Below, piece by piece: positions 8,164-17,645 of a DNA stretch of 64,000 nucleotides (position 1 is the first letter of the stretch; the number at the start of each line of letters is the position of its first letter). A model generated the notes under the pieces. The model made no database searches. It had not been told where the DNA came from and saw only the letters and a list, made by a program, of their open reading frames with translations. The stretch comes from Candidatus Krumholzibacteriia bacterium (lineage in GTDB: Bacteria; Krumholzibacteriota; Krumholzibacteriia; LZORAL124-64-63): contig JAWOID010000103.1 in the NCBI GenBank assembly GCA_046484865.1, positions 1-64,000 on the forward strand. Reading direction: 5' to 3'. The translations under genes were made by a program, and so were the position numbers.

Positions 8164-10077
8164 ATGCACGGATTCTGGACCGAGGAGTTGCGTTCGTTTC
8201 CCCGCGATTCCAGCGGGGGGCGGTTGTGGGTGGCCCGGTGCGACACCGACCGGGCGACGGCGACGCTGCGCTTGCTGCTGGCCTGGAGGTGGGGGGCGGA
8301 CCGAGCGGTCGCTCCCGCGACGGCGCCGCCGCTGACCCTGATGCTGGCGGCAGCCCGGCACGGGCGTCCGGCGCTGCTGCGGCGACGAGGCCCGGACGAT
8401 CCCGAAGCGTCGGCGCGGGTGCTGCGGGTGGTGCCGGTGCGCGCCACGGCCGCCCCGGGGTGCGGCAGCCAGGACGCCGGAACCGCCGCCGGTGCGTCGG
8501 AGCCGGAGGATCGCGGGTCGGCATCCTGCGCCCTGGTGGTTGCGCCGACTTCCGCCGCCGCGCTCGCCGCGCACGAGGATGCGGTTTCCGGCGCCATCGC
8601 CGTCTGGCACGAGGATGCCGCCCCCTGGGGCGAGGCGGTCGAACTGTGGTTGCGCAGCTGTGCCGCCCGGCTGGCGCCGATCCTGTCCGCCCTGCCGTCG
8701 GTGCTCGCCGGCCACCCGGCGGGCGGCGATGGGCCCCGGGTCATCCAGCCGACGCTCTTTCCGGTGCCGTCGCTGCCTGTGCCCGGTGTGCGCCGGCGCC
8801 GCAGGAAGGCTCGCCGGCGAGGCGTGCAGCTGCCGCATCCCATCTGCGTTCCGGGGCTGCCGGGAGCGGTCGGTGTGAGTCGAGAACTCGTCCGTCTCGG
8901 CGGCCAGGTTCCGCTCGCGGCGGCCAGCTCGGCGAACGTGCTCATCCACGGCGAGAGCGGCACCGGGAAGGAGATCGTCGCCCGCGCGCTGCACGCGGGC
9001 AGTCCTCGCCGGCACGGACCGTTCGTCGGCATCAACTGCGCGGCGTTGCCGGAGACGCTCTTCGAGAGCGAGCTGTTCGGACACAAGGCAGGGGCCTTCA
9101 CCGGCGCGGCACGCGACAAGCCCGGGCTGCTGGAGGCTGCCGATCGGGGCACCTTCTTCCTGGACGAGATCGGGGACATGCCGCAGAGCCTGCAGATCAA
9201 GCTCCTGCGGGTGATGCAGGAGCGAAGCGTCCGCCGGGTCGGCGAGCTGGACAGCCGGCCGGTGGACATCCGCTTCGTGGCTGCCACCCACCGCGACCTG
9301 CGGCGCGAGGTGGCGGCGGGCAGGTTCCGACTGGACCTCTACTTCCGCTTGAACGTCATACGCCTCGCCATCCCACCCCTGCGCCACCGGCCCGAGGACG
9401 TCGCGCCGCTGATCGCCTACTTCCTGCGGCGGCAGGGGAGCGACCCCGAGCAGGTGACCATCGCCGAGAGCGCGCTCGCCGCGCTGCAGGCGTGGCGCTG
9501 GCCGGGCAACGTGCGCGAGCTCGAGAACGAGGTGCAGCGCTGGCTCGCCCTGCACGGCGACGCGATGGTGATCCAGCGCCCGCACCTCTCGGACGAGCTC
9601 CAGGGCGCTGACGCGCCGACCGTCGATCCCGACGACCTGGCGACCCTCCGTCCTCTCGATCAGGCCTCCGAGTTGCTGGAGCGCTACCTCATCCGCAAGG
9701 CCGTGGCCGCCACCGGCGGACGCAAGGCGGCGGCCGCCCGGCGGCTGGGATTGAGCCGGCAAGGTCTCTACAAGAAGCTCCAGCGTTACGGCATGGGCGA
9801 TCTGATCGGTCCGCCCACGGTCGCGCGGGCGATGCCGGCAGGCGAGACGGCGGGTGAGACGGCGAGCCGGGCCGCGGCGCCGGGGGCGGGCGATACCAAC
9901 GCCGCCACCGCCGCCGCCACCGCCAGAGCCACCGCCGCTGCCACCGTCGCCGCCACCGCCGCTGGCGCCAGGACCGTCGCCGTGGTCGCCCGGGCCGGCT
10001 CCGAACCGAACCCCGCGGATGCCGCCGAGGCCGGCCTCGCCGCCGTCCCCCGCGAGCCGGTGCCGGGCGGCTCATAG
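8164..10077 (+). CDS. Sigma54-dependent transcriptional activator (AAA+ bEBP with Fis HTH); N-terminal domain unrecognised, Ala/Thr-rich tail
   Basis: SD GGGAGGGAG; GESGTGKE, ESELFGH, GAFTGA, FFLDEI, FRLDLYFRL, WPGNVRELEN, C-terminal HTH. Confidence 0.9.
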   Translation: MHGFWTEELRSFPRDSSGGRLWVARCDTDRATATLRLLLAWRWGADRAVAPATAPPLTLMLAAARHGRPALLRRRGPDDPEASARVLRVVPVRATAAPGCGSQDAGTAAGASEPEDRGSASCALVVAPTSAAALAAHEDAVSGAIAVWHEDAAPWGEAVELWLRSCAARLAPILSALPSVLAGHPAGGDGPRVIQPTLFPVPSLPVPGVRRRRRKARRRGVQLPHPICVPGLPGAVGVSRELVRLGGQVPLAAASSANVLIHGESGTGKEIVARALHAGSPRRHGPFVGINCAALPETLFESELFGHKAGAFTGAARDKPGLLEAADRGTFFLDEIGDMPQSLQIKLLRVMQERSVRRVGELDSRPVDIRFVAATHRDLRREVAAGRFRLDLYFRLNVIRLAIPPLRHRPEDVAPLIAYFLRRQGSDPEQVTIAESALAALQAWRWPGNVRELENEVQRWLALHGDAMVIQRPHLSDELQGADAPTVDPDDLATLRPLDQASELLERYLIRKAVAATGGRKAAAARRLGLSRQGLYKKLQRYGMGDLIGPPTVARAMPAGETAGETASRAAAPGAGDTNAATAAATARATAAATVAATAAGARTVAVVARAGSEPNPADAAEAGLAAVPREPVPGGS

Positions 10078-10103
10078 CCTCGACAACCGGCGGGCGCCGG
10101 ACT

Positions 10104-11852
10104 ATGTTCCGGCGCATGAAGCGCGAGAAGACCGCCGCGCCGGCGTCCGTGGGGTGGCGTCGTGCCGAGTTGCACACCGGCGTGGCACTGCTGGCCGGGG
10201 TCATGATGACCACGGCCATGCCGCCGTTCCCGTACACCGGCGCGCTCGCCGTGCCGGCGCTGGCGCTGCTGTTCGTGCTGGTGTCCGGCGACGAGCGGCC
10301 GGGCCGGCGTGCCTGGTTCTTCGGCCTGGCGCATCAGACCACCCTGCTCTACTGGCTCTTCTTCCTCGATCCCGCGAAGTCGATTCCCACGCGGCTGCTC
10401 GTGCCGGTCCAGGCCGTGGCGGCCATCCTGTACGTGTCGGCCTTCTACGCGCTCTTCGGCTGGGCCATGGGGCGGCTGCGCCGGCTGATGGCGCCGGGCG
10501 GCGATTCGGCGGCAGGGAGCGGTTCGCTGGCGGTGGCGCCGGTCCTCTGGGTGGGCATGGAGATGCTGCGCGGCTGGGGCGAACTGGGCTTTCCGTGGTG
10601 TCTCACCGGCGCGGCCTGGATCATGTCGCCGGTGCGCCCGCTGGCGGCCGCCTCGGGAGAGATCGGCCTGTCGGCGGCCACTGCGCTGCTGGGGGCGGCC
10701 GTGGGCTGGCTGTTCCTGCGCGGAAAGCCGTCGCTGGCGCGCCGAGGAGGGGCCCGGCCCGCCGCCGGCCGTGACGGCCCCGCCCGCGCCTTGCCCTACC
10801 TGGCCGCCGCGGCCTGGGCGGCGCTGGCGCTCGGCACCTGGCTGGGCGGGGTTTCCCGGCCGCCGGGCGATGATCTCGCGGACTCGGGCGTGGCGCAGGG
10901 TTCGGCGTCCTCGCTGCGCGGTCCCGACGAGGGGCCGGCTCCGGACCGGCCGCGCACGGCACCGTTCACGGTGGCGGCGGTCCAGGCGGACGTCTCGTTG
11001 CGCGACAAGTGGGATCCCGCGCGCATCGACTCCACCCGACTCCCGTACGCGGCGCTCACCGCCGAGGCCGCCGGCGCCGGCGCCACGCTGGTGGTGTGGG
11101 CGGAGACGGCGATCCCGGCGTACCTGCGCTACAGCGCCGACCTGCTGGACTGGGCCCGGCGGCAGGCGCGGGACAACGACGTCTGGCTCTACACCGGATT
11201 CCCCGACGCCGAGCGCGATCCGCTGACGGGCGAGACGCTCCGCTTCAACTCGTCGGGGCTGCTGGCGCCGGATGGGACCCTGGTGGACCGCTATGCCAAG
11301 CACCATCTGCTGCCGATCGGGGAGCGGATGCCGTTCTCCGACGTCCTGCCCATCGTGGGCCGCATCGACGTGGGCCAGGCGGAGTGGCGTCCGGGCGCGC
11401 GGCCGCAGCCGCTCACGTTCGTCACGATGGAGGGGCGGTTCTCGTTCGCGGGGCTCATCTGCTTCGAGGGGATCTTCGGCGACCTGGCCCGCCAGGCGGT
11501 GCGCCGAGGAGCGCAGGCGCTGGTGAACATCACCAACGACGGGTGGTTCGGCAACTCCTCGGGGCCGTTGCAGCACGCGGAACTGGCTCGGCTCCGCGCC
11601 GTCGAATGCGGGGTGCCCTTGATCCGCGCCGCGAACAACGGCATCAGCTACGTGTGCGATCCGCGCGGCCGGTATCTCGGCTACCTGGGGCTGGGCGAGC
11701 GCGGATACGTGGCGGCCGTCATCCAGCCCGTGCGCGGCGATACGCCGTTCCTGCACCTCGGTTCCTGGCCGATGACGGGCGCGCTGGCGCTGTGGCTGAC
11801 AGTGGCGCTGCTCTGGTGGCGGCGGGCCGGACGGGGAGGCGCCGGTCGATGA
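10104..11852 (+). CDS. lnt: Apolipoprotein N-acyltransferase
   Basis: TM N-terminus, GFPW, nitrilase triad E (WAETA), K (YAKHHLLPIGE), C (LICFE), ITNDGWFG, RAVE, RAANNGIS. Confidence 0.93.
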   Translation: MFRRMKREKTAAPASVGWRRAELHTGVALLAGVMMTTAMPPFPYTGALAVPALALLFVLVSGDERPGRRAWFFGLAHQTTLLYWLFFLDPAKSIPTRLLVPVQAVAAILYVSAFYALFGWAMGRLRRLMAPGGDSAAGSGSLAVAPVLWVGMEMLRGWGELGFPWCLTGAAWIMSPVRPLAAASGEIGLSAATALLGAAVGWLFLRGKPSLARRGGARPAAGRDGPARALPYLAAAAWAALALGTWLGGVSRPPGDDLADSGVAQGSASSLRGPDEGPAPDRPRTAPFTVAAVQADVSLRDKWDPARIDSTRLPYAALTAEAAGAGATLVVWAETAIPAYLRYSADLLDWARRQARDNDVWLYTGFPDAERDPLTGETLRFNSSGLLAPDGTLVDRYAKHHLLPIGERMPFSDVLPIVGRIDVGQAEWRPGARPQPLTFVTMEGRFSFAGLICFEGIFGDLARQAVRRGAQALVNITNDGWFGNSSGPLQHAELARLRAVECGVPLIRAANNGISYVCDPRGRYLGYLGLGERGYVAAVIQPVRGDTPFLHLGSWPMTGALALWLTVALLWWRRAGRGGAGR

Positions 11853-12448
11853 ACCACCGTCGACTCATCACGGACCTCGACGTCTGGGATCACGCCTTCC
11901 CGTTCTGCCCGCGCTGCCGGCAGGCCATGGAGCGGCGCCGCGCCGGAGGCGCCCTGCGGCCGGTGTGCCCCGCCTGCGGCTTCGTGCAGTACATCAACCC
12001 CGCACCGGGAGCGGGGGTGATCATCATGCGCGAGGATCGCGTGTGCCTGGTGCGACGGCGCTTCGAGCCGCGTCGCGGCCAGTGGACGCTGCCCATCGGT
12101 TTCATGGAGTGGGGTGAGGAGATCCAGGACACCGCCGTTCGCGAAGCGTGGGAGGAGACGGGACTGGACGTCGCCGTCGACAGCACCTTCGGCGTCTACA
12201 CCGGGGTCCTGCCGCCCAACCTCGCGGTGGTGGTTGCCATCTTCCGGGCCCGGGAGACCGGCGGAGAACTGCGCGCCGGCGACGATGCGGCCGAGGTGGG
12301 TTTCTACCCGCTGGACGCCCCGCCGGGCGCCATCGCCTTCGGCATCCATCGCCACGTCCTGCGGGAACTGCGGGCGGAATACGGCATCCCGGATCCGGAC
12401 GACGTTTCGGACCCGGGGGGCGGAGCGAGCGACGAACCGGAACCATGA
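11849..12448 (+). CDS. NUDIX hydrolase with N-terminal Zn ribbon
   Basis: CPRC..CPAC, YINP, Nudix box GFMEWGEEIQDTAVREAWEETG, AGDDA. Confidence 0.88.
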   Translation: MNHRRLITDLDVWDHAFPFCPRCRQAMERRRAGGALRPVCPACGFVQYINPAPGAGVIIMREDRVCLVRRRFEPRRGQWTLPIGFMEWGEEIQDTAVREAWEETGLDVAVDSTFGVYTGVLPPNLAVVVAIFRARETGGELRAGDDAAEVGFYPLDAPPGAIAFGIHRHVLRELRAEYGIPDPDDVSDPGGGASDEPEP

Positions 12449-12464
12449 GCGGGAAGGACGTGTC

Positions 12465-13085
12465 GTGACCGAGGTGCGCGGCGACGAGAACCCGGTGCGC
12501 CTGGCGGTGCTGCTCTCGGGCAGCGGGCGGACCCTCGAGAACTTCCTCGCATGCATCGACGCCGGCGATCTGCCGGTCCGGGTGGTCGCGGTGGTGGCGA
12601 GCCGCCCGGACGTGCGTGGACTCGCGGTGGCCGGGGCCGCCGGAATCCCCGCCGCGGTCTTCCGCCGCAGGGACCACGCCACGGTCGCCGACCACAACGC
12701 CGCCATCAACGCCTGGCTCGAGCAGCACGACCCGGAGATCATCGCGCTGGCCGGCTATCTCTCCTTCTACATCCCTCCGGAGGGATTCCGGGGCCCGGTG
12801 GTGAACATCCATCCTGCCCTGCTGCCGAAGTTCGGCGGCCAGGGCTACTACGGCGATCGGGTGCACGAGGCGGTGCTCGCCGCCGGCGACACGGAGAGCG
12901 GCTGCACGGTGCACCACGTGGACCTGCAGTACGATCACGGCGCCGTGATCGCTCAGCAGCGGGTCCCGGTGCTGCCCGGCGACGACGTCCACAGCCTCGC
13001 CGATCGCGTGTTCGCCGCCGAGTGCGAGCTGTATCCGCGCGTGCTGCGCCGGCTGGCCGAGCAGGTGCAGTCGCGGCGTCCCTGA
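12465..13085 (+). CDS. purN: Phosphoribosylglycinamide formyltransferase
   Basis: LSGSGRT, LAGYL, NIHPALLPKFGG, SGCTVH, YDHG. Confidence 0.94.
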   Translation: MTEVRGDENPVRLAVLLSGSGRTLENFLACIDAGDLPVRVVAVVASRPDVRGLAVAGAAGIPAAVFRRRDHATVADHNAAINAWLEQHDPEIIALAGYLSFYIPPEGFRGPVVNIHPALLPKFGGQGYYGDRVHEAVLAAGDTESGCTVHHVDLQYDHGAVIAQQRVPVLPGDDVHSLADRVFAAECELYPRVLRRLAEQVQSRRP

Positions 13086-13184
13086 CGGCGGCCTGCGCCG
13101 CTTTCCGGACGACGGGGGCGAGCGCGAACGGACGGCGTGGTGGAGAGGCGAGCAGGCGCCGGCCGGCGGCGGGCGTGGACGACA

Positions 13185-13228
13185 GGCGTACGGCGCAACG
13201 GGGAGAGGGTTCCCAAGACAGAGCCTAG
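13185..13228 (-). repeat. Copy 1 of a ~44-bp dispersed element starting at a CTAG stop codon
   Basis: Reverse complement matches 62552-62593 at 36 of 44 columns in a manual alignment. Confidence 0.6.
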
Positions 13229-14154
13229 AGCACGTAACCCCGGTTGACGACCTCGATGCGGGGCGGTCGACCCGGCGCGGTGGCCTGCTCCAGGCGGTTC
13301 GTGATCCAGGTCCACATCGATTCGCCCACGCGGGCGGCGCGGGCCATCGCCAGCATGATCTCCGCTCCCACCTCCACGCTGCCGGTGGCCTGCTCGGCGC
13401 CGTGCACGATCCGGCGTATCTCGCCGCCCTGGTACTGGTAGAGCAAGAACTTCACCTGCTCGTGGCGGTAGTCGAGATAGCGGTGCAGGCGCTGCCGGAC
13501 GGCTTCGAGGTTCTCGCGCACGATGAACGGATCGCAGATGGTCGCGGACCCGTGCGAGGCGCGGTAGGCATCGCGCCCGGCGCCGGCGGGGCGGACTTCC
13601 ACCACCACCCAGGAACTGGGTGTGGCGGCGATCCCCTCGGTGTCGAAGCGCGCCCGGACGCGGTAGCTGCCGGCCTCGGCGAACAGGTATCGCCCGCGCA
13701 GCTTGAGCAGGCAGATGGGCCGCACCACGCGGCCTTTGGGCGGGATCGCCACCGCCGGATGCCACGGCGCCGGCGTGGCGGGCGCGCCGCCGTCGACCAC
13801 CGCGGTGCTGCCGCCGGGGGTCATGATCTCGAACGCCAGCCCACCCGGCACGGCGACGGCGAGGTGCGGGCCCAGGCGCAGCGTGTCGGATCCGGTGTTC
13901 ACCAGCACCAGCTCGCCGACGAGCACGCCGTCCTGCAGCAGGGGCCCTTCCGCCGGCAGCAGTTCGAGCCGCAGCGACGGCCGCACGGGAGCCGCGCCGG
14001 CGGTCGCGGCGAACAGCGCCACGAAGGCGAGGGCGGCCCAGGCGAGCACGAGCGAAGCGACCGCGGTGCGCGACGGCGCGGGCCCGCGCGAGCGGGGCGC
14101 CGCGCCTGCAGTCTGCCCTGCGGTGGTGCCGGCCGGATGCTGGTCGAACTCCAT
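13225..14154 (-). CDS. Hypothetical exported/membrane protein (beta-rich domain plus helical C-terminus)
   Basis: AGGAGG SD before ATG 14154; hydrophobic signal-like segment VASLVLAWAALAFVALFAATAGA. Confidence 0.65.
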   Translation of the reverse strand: MEFDQHPAGTTAGQTAGAAPRSRGPAPSRTAVASLVLAWAALAFVALFAATAGAAPVRPSLRLELLPAEGPLLQDGVLVGELVLVNTGSDTLRLGPHLAVAVPGGLAFEIMTPGGSTAVVDGGAPATPAPWHPAVAIPPKGRVVRPICLLKLRGRYLFAEAGSYRVRARFDTEGIAATPSSWVVVEVRPAGAGRDAYRASHGSATICDPFIVRENLEAVRQRLHRYLDYRHEQVKFLLYQYQGGEIRRIVHGAEQATGSVEVGAEIMLAMARAARVGESMWTWITNRLEQATAPGRPPRIEVVNRGYVL

Positions 14155-14228
14155 GGATCCTCCTGACCCCATGATAGGGCCGCCGGGCCCCCGGACCACC
14201 ACCGCCCGGACAGGCGACCAGGACAGCG

Positions 14229-14262
14229 ACGAGGAGCGCTCCCGCGGGGGAGCGCTCCTCGT
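14229..14262. terminator. 15-bp perfect stem-loop downstream of nfnB
   Basis: ACGAGGAGCGCTCCC-GCGG-GGGAGCGCTCCTCGT; no U-tract. Confidence 0.55.
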
Positions 14263-14309
14263 GGACTCGGCAAGGCTGGACGCTCCGGGCGCGCGGAACG
14301 GACCGCCCG

Positions 14310-15842
14310 TCAGCTCGCCACCGGGCGGGCTGCGCCGGAGGCGTCCACGTCCGTCGCGGGCGCCTCGGCATTGCCGGTGGACAGATAGCGGTGCATGGCG
14401 TCGGCGGCCTTGCGACCGGCGCCCATGGCGAGAATCACCGTGGCGCCGCCGGTGACGATGTCGCCGCCGGCGAAGACGTTCTCGAAGGACGTCTGCATGG
14501 TGGCCTCGTTCACCACGATGGTGCCCTTCCGGGGGTGCCGCTCCAGCTCGGGGCAGTCAGCCAGCAGCAGGGGGTTCGGCCCCTGGCCGATGGCCATCAC
14601 CACGGTGTCCACGGCGAACTCCTTCACGCGGCCCTCGATGGGCACGGGACGCCGGCGTCCGCTCGCGTCCGGCTCGCCCAGTTCCATCTCCTGGCAGCGG
14701 ATGGCCCCCACGGCGCCCGTGCCGTCGTCGATGATCTCCACCGGGGAGTGCAGGAGGTTGAACTCGATCTGCTCCTGCTCGGCGTGATGGATCTCCTCGA
14801 TGCGGGCGGGCATCTCGAGCCGGCTGCGCCGGTACACCAGGTAGACGATCTCCGGCTTGAGCCGCTTGGCGGTGCGGGCGGAGTCCATGGCGGTGTTGCC
14901 GGCGCCGATGACGGCGATGCGCTTGATCTTCTTCACCGGCGTGTCGGCCGTGTCGGGGAACTGCCAGGCGCCCATGAGATTGACGCGAGTGAGGAACTCG
15001 TTGGCGCTGTACACGCCGTTGAGGTTGTCGCCGGGGATGTTCAGGAACCAGGGCAGGCCAGCGCCGGTGCCGATGAACACCGCGTCGAAGCGCTCGCGGA
15101 TCTCGTTCAGCGACTCGGCCTTGCCCACGGGGTAGTTCATCACGAACTCCACGCCCATCTTCTGCAGACCTTCGATCTCCTTCTGCACGATGGCCTTCGG
15201 CAGGCGGAACTCGGGGATCCCGTAGAAGAGCACGCCGCCCGGCCTGTGCAGCGCCTCGAAGACCGTGACCTGGTGACCCTTCTGGATCAGGTCGCTGGCG
15301 CAGGTCAGGCCCGCCGGGCCGCTGCCGATGATGGCCACCTTCTTGCCCGTGGCCGGGGCGATCTCCGGCAGCGCATCGAGCCCGTGCTCCAGCGCGTAAT
15401 CGCCGATGAACCGCTCCAGACGCCCGACGGCGCCCGGCTCGCGTCCCTTCTCCGGCTTGTTGAGGGTGCAGACCAGCTCGCACTGGTCCTCCTGGGGGCA
15501 GACGCGCCCGCAGATGGCCGGCAGGAAGTTGGTCTCCTTGATCTTGCGCAGGGCGCCCTCGAAGTCGTTCTCGCCGATCAGGCGGACGAAAGCGGGGATG
15601 TCGACGCCCACGGGACAGCCGGCGATGCACGGCTTGTCCTTGCACTGGATGCAGCGCAGGGACTCGGCCACCGCCTGCGCCTGGTCGTAGCCCAGCGGCA
15701 CCTCGTCGAACGTCTCGATCCGCTCCAGGGGCGGCCGCTCGCGCATGGGAACCTTGGTCTTGCTCTTGTTGATCTGGCGCTTCCTGGCCTTCGCACCGTC
15801 TCCGGCGGGCCTGTCGCCACCCGGTCTGCTGTTGTCCGCCAT
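14310..15842 (-). CDS. nfnB: NADH-dependent reduced ferredoxin:NADP+ oxidoreductase large subunit (NfnB/SudA; GltD-like)
   Basis: CIQCKDKPCIAGCP, CGRVCPQEDQCE, GSGPAG, YGIPEFRLP, GAGNTAMD, FAGGDIVTG; directly downstream of nfnA. Confidence 0.88.
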   Translation of the reverse strand: MADNSRPGGDRPAGDGAKARKRQINKSKTKVPMRERPPLERIETFDEVPLGYDQAQAVAESLRCIQCKDKPCIAGCPVGVDIPAFVRLIGENDFEGALRKIKETNFLPAICGRVCPQEDQCELVCTLNKPEKGREPGAVGRLERFIGDYALEHGLDALPEIAPATGKKVAIIGSGPAGLTCASDLIQKGHQVTVFEALHRPGGVLFYGIPEFRLPKAIVQKEIEGLQKMGVEFVMNYPVGKAESLNEIRERFDAVFIGTGAGLPWFLNIPGDNLNGVYSANEFLTRVNLMGAWQFPDTADTPVKKIKRIAVIGAGNTAMDSARTAKRLKPEIVYLVYRRSRLEMPARIEEIHHAEQEQIEFNLLHSPVEIIDDGTGAVGAIRCQEMELGEPDASGRRRPVPIEGRVKEFAVDTVVMAIGQGPNPLLLADCPELERHPRKGTIVVNEATMQTSFENVFAGGDIVTGGATVILAMGAGRKAADAMHRYLSTGNAEAPATDVDASGAARPVAS

Positions 15843-15850
15843 GTCGCCTC

Positions 15851-16750
15851 CTAGCGCTTCTCGGCCCCGGTGGGGGCCGCGCTGCCGGACTCGTTGCGGG
15901 CGAGTTCCTCCACCTGGCGGTCCAGGCGGCAGGCGTGGTCCAGGGCCACCTTCTCCTCGGGGCGGTAATAGGCCAGCCGCTGCATCAGTTCGTCGAAATC
16001 CACCTGATGGCCGTCGAACTCCGGGCCCTCGACGCAGGCGAAGCGGGTCTTCCCGCCCACCGACACGCGGCAGGCGCCGCACATGCCGGTGCCGTCCACC
16101 ATGATGGGGTTCAGCGAGGCCTGGGTGGGGATCCCGTACGGCTCGGTCGTCTTGCAGACGAACTTCATCATGACCACCGGACCGATGCAGATCACCTCGT
16201 CGATCTTGCGGCTGCCCTCGAGGATCTCCTGCAGTGCATGCGTCACCATGCCCTTGCGGCCGTAGCTGCCGTCGTCGGTGGTGATGATGGTCTCGTCGGC
16301 CAGGGCGCGGATCTCGTCCTCGAGGATCAGCAGTTCCCTGGTGCGGGCGCCCAGGATGGCCACCACCGTGTTGCCCGCCTCCTTCAGCGCCTGGACCTGC
16401 GGCCACACCACGGCGTTGCCGATGCCGCCGCCGACGCAGACCACCGTCTTCCCGCCGGCGGGGATCTCGGTGGGCTTGCCCAGGGGGCCGGCCAGGTCGA
16501 GGATTTCGTCGCCCTCGCGCAGCCGGTTCAGGTCGCGGGTGGTCTTGCCCACCTCCTGCGCCACGATGGTGATGGTGCCGCGGGCCGGATCGCGGTGGGC
16601 GATGGTCAGGGGGATCCGCTCGCCGCGATCGCTGACGCGCAGGATGACGAACTGGCCCGCCTTGCCGCGCCGGGCGATGTGCTCGACCTCGATCTCGAAG
16701 AGCCATGTCTTCGGCGCGAGCTCACGGGCGTGGACGATCTTGTTTCCCAC
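15851..16750 (-). CDS. nfnA: NfnA/SudB small subunit (PyrK-like FAD and 2Fe-2S)
   Basis: [54 protein letters not shown]. Confidence 0.9.
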   Translation of the reverse strand: MGNKIVHARELAPKTWLFEIEVEHIARRGKAGQFVILRVSDRGERIPLTIAHRDPARGTITIVAQEVGKTTRDLNRLREGDEILDLAGPLGKPTEIPAGGKTVVCVGGGIGNAVVWPQVQALKEAGNTVVAILGARTRELLILEDEIRALADETIITTDDGSYGRKGMVTHALQEILEGSRKIDEVICIGPVVMMKFVCKTTEPYGIPTQASLNPIMVDGTGMCGACRVSVGGKTRFACVEGPEFDGHQVDFDELMQRLAYYRPEEKVALDHACRLDRQVEELARNESGSAAPTGAEKR

Positions 16751-16925
16751 GGGACGCTCCTTGCGCTCGGTGAACCAGGGATCGGTGCGGAACTGCGCAG
16801 ACCGACCAGCAGAATCGAGGCTCGCGACGTCGGCGCCTCCACGCAGCGCTCACGCCGGGAGCCTTTCGAGAAAAGTAGGCTCCGCGGGAGCGAAATCAAG
16901 CCCAGCCGGCCGGCGGCACCTCTCC

Positions 16926-16954
16926 TTGACCGGGTGCGGGCCGCCGATTAACCT
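16926..16954 (+). promoter_or_regulatory. Putative sigma70 promoter of folE
   Basis: TTGACC-17 bp-TAACCT. Confidence 0.55.
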
Positions 16955-17063
16955 GGAGTGCTTGGCCCCGCATTCCGGCGCCGGCGGGCCGCCTGCCATG
17001 GACGGCGGCGCCCCGGCACATCCCGGGGCCGGGAACGGAGCCGCGGGCCGTGAGGAGGCTGCA

Positions 17064-17615
17064 ATGGAGAGGCTCATCCGCGAGCTGCTGATCAAGATCG
17101 GTGAGGACCCCGAACGCGAGGGGTTGCTGGAGACCCCGGCGCGCGTGGCCCGCTCCTACCAGGAACTGTGCGCGGGTTACACGATGGATCCCGACGCCAT
17201 CGTCCGCAAGGCGCTCTTCGCCGCCGAGGGCCAGGACATGGTGGTGGTGAACGACATCGACTTCTACAGCATGTGCGAGCATCACATGCTGCCGTTCTTC
17301 GGCAAGGCCCACATCGGCTACATCCCGGACGGCAAGATCGTGGGGCTGTCCAAGCTGGCCCGCGTGGTGGACGCGTTCGCCCGGCGCCTGCAGGTGCAGG
17401 AGCGGCTCACGGTCCAGATCGCCCGCTGTCTGGAGAAGAACCTCGGCGCCCACGGCGTGGGCGTGGTGCTCCATGCTCAGCACCTGTGCATGATGATGCG
17501 CGGCGTCCAGAAGCAGAACAGCATCGCGGTGACGTCGGAGATGACGGGCGCCTTCCGCGAAAACTCCAAGACCCGCGCCGAGTTCCTCACCCTCATCGGC
17601 GAGAAGGCGTGGTAG
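17064..17615 (+). CDS. folE: GTP cyclohydrolase I
   Basis: [55 protein letters not shown]. Confidence 0.96.
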   Translation: MERLIRELLIKIGEDPEREGLLETPARVARSYQELCAGYTMDPDAIVRKALFAAEGQDMVVVNDIDFYSMCEHHMLPFFGKAHIGYIPDGKIVGLSKLARVVDAFARRLQVQERLTVQIARCLEKNLGAHGVGVVLHAQHLCMMMRGVQKQNSIAVTSEMTGAFRENSKTRAEFLTLIGEKAW

Positions 17616-17645
17616 CGTTCGACGGTCCCGGTGCGTCGCGGCCGG

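Noticed and set aside
14310..15842. Glutamate synthase small subunit (gltD)
   Set aside because: No gltB nearby, and it is paired with a PyrK-like subunit, which indicates NfnAB.
16858..16883. GGAGCCT-N12-AGGCTCC palindrome upstream of nfnA as a Rex operator
   Set aside because: Does not match TTGTGAA-N4-TTCACAA; 7-bp GC-rich arms can occur by chance.
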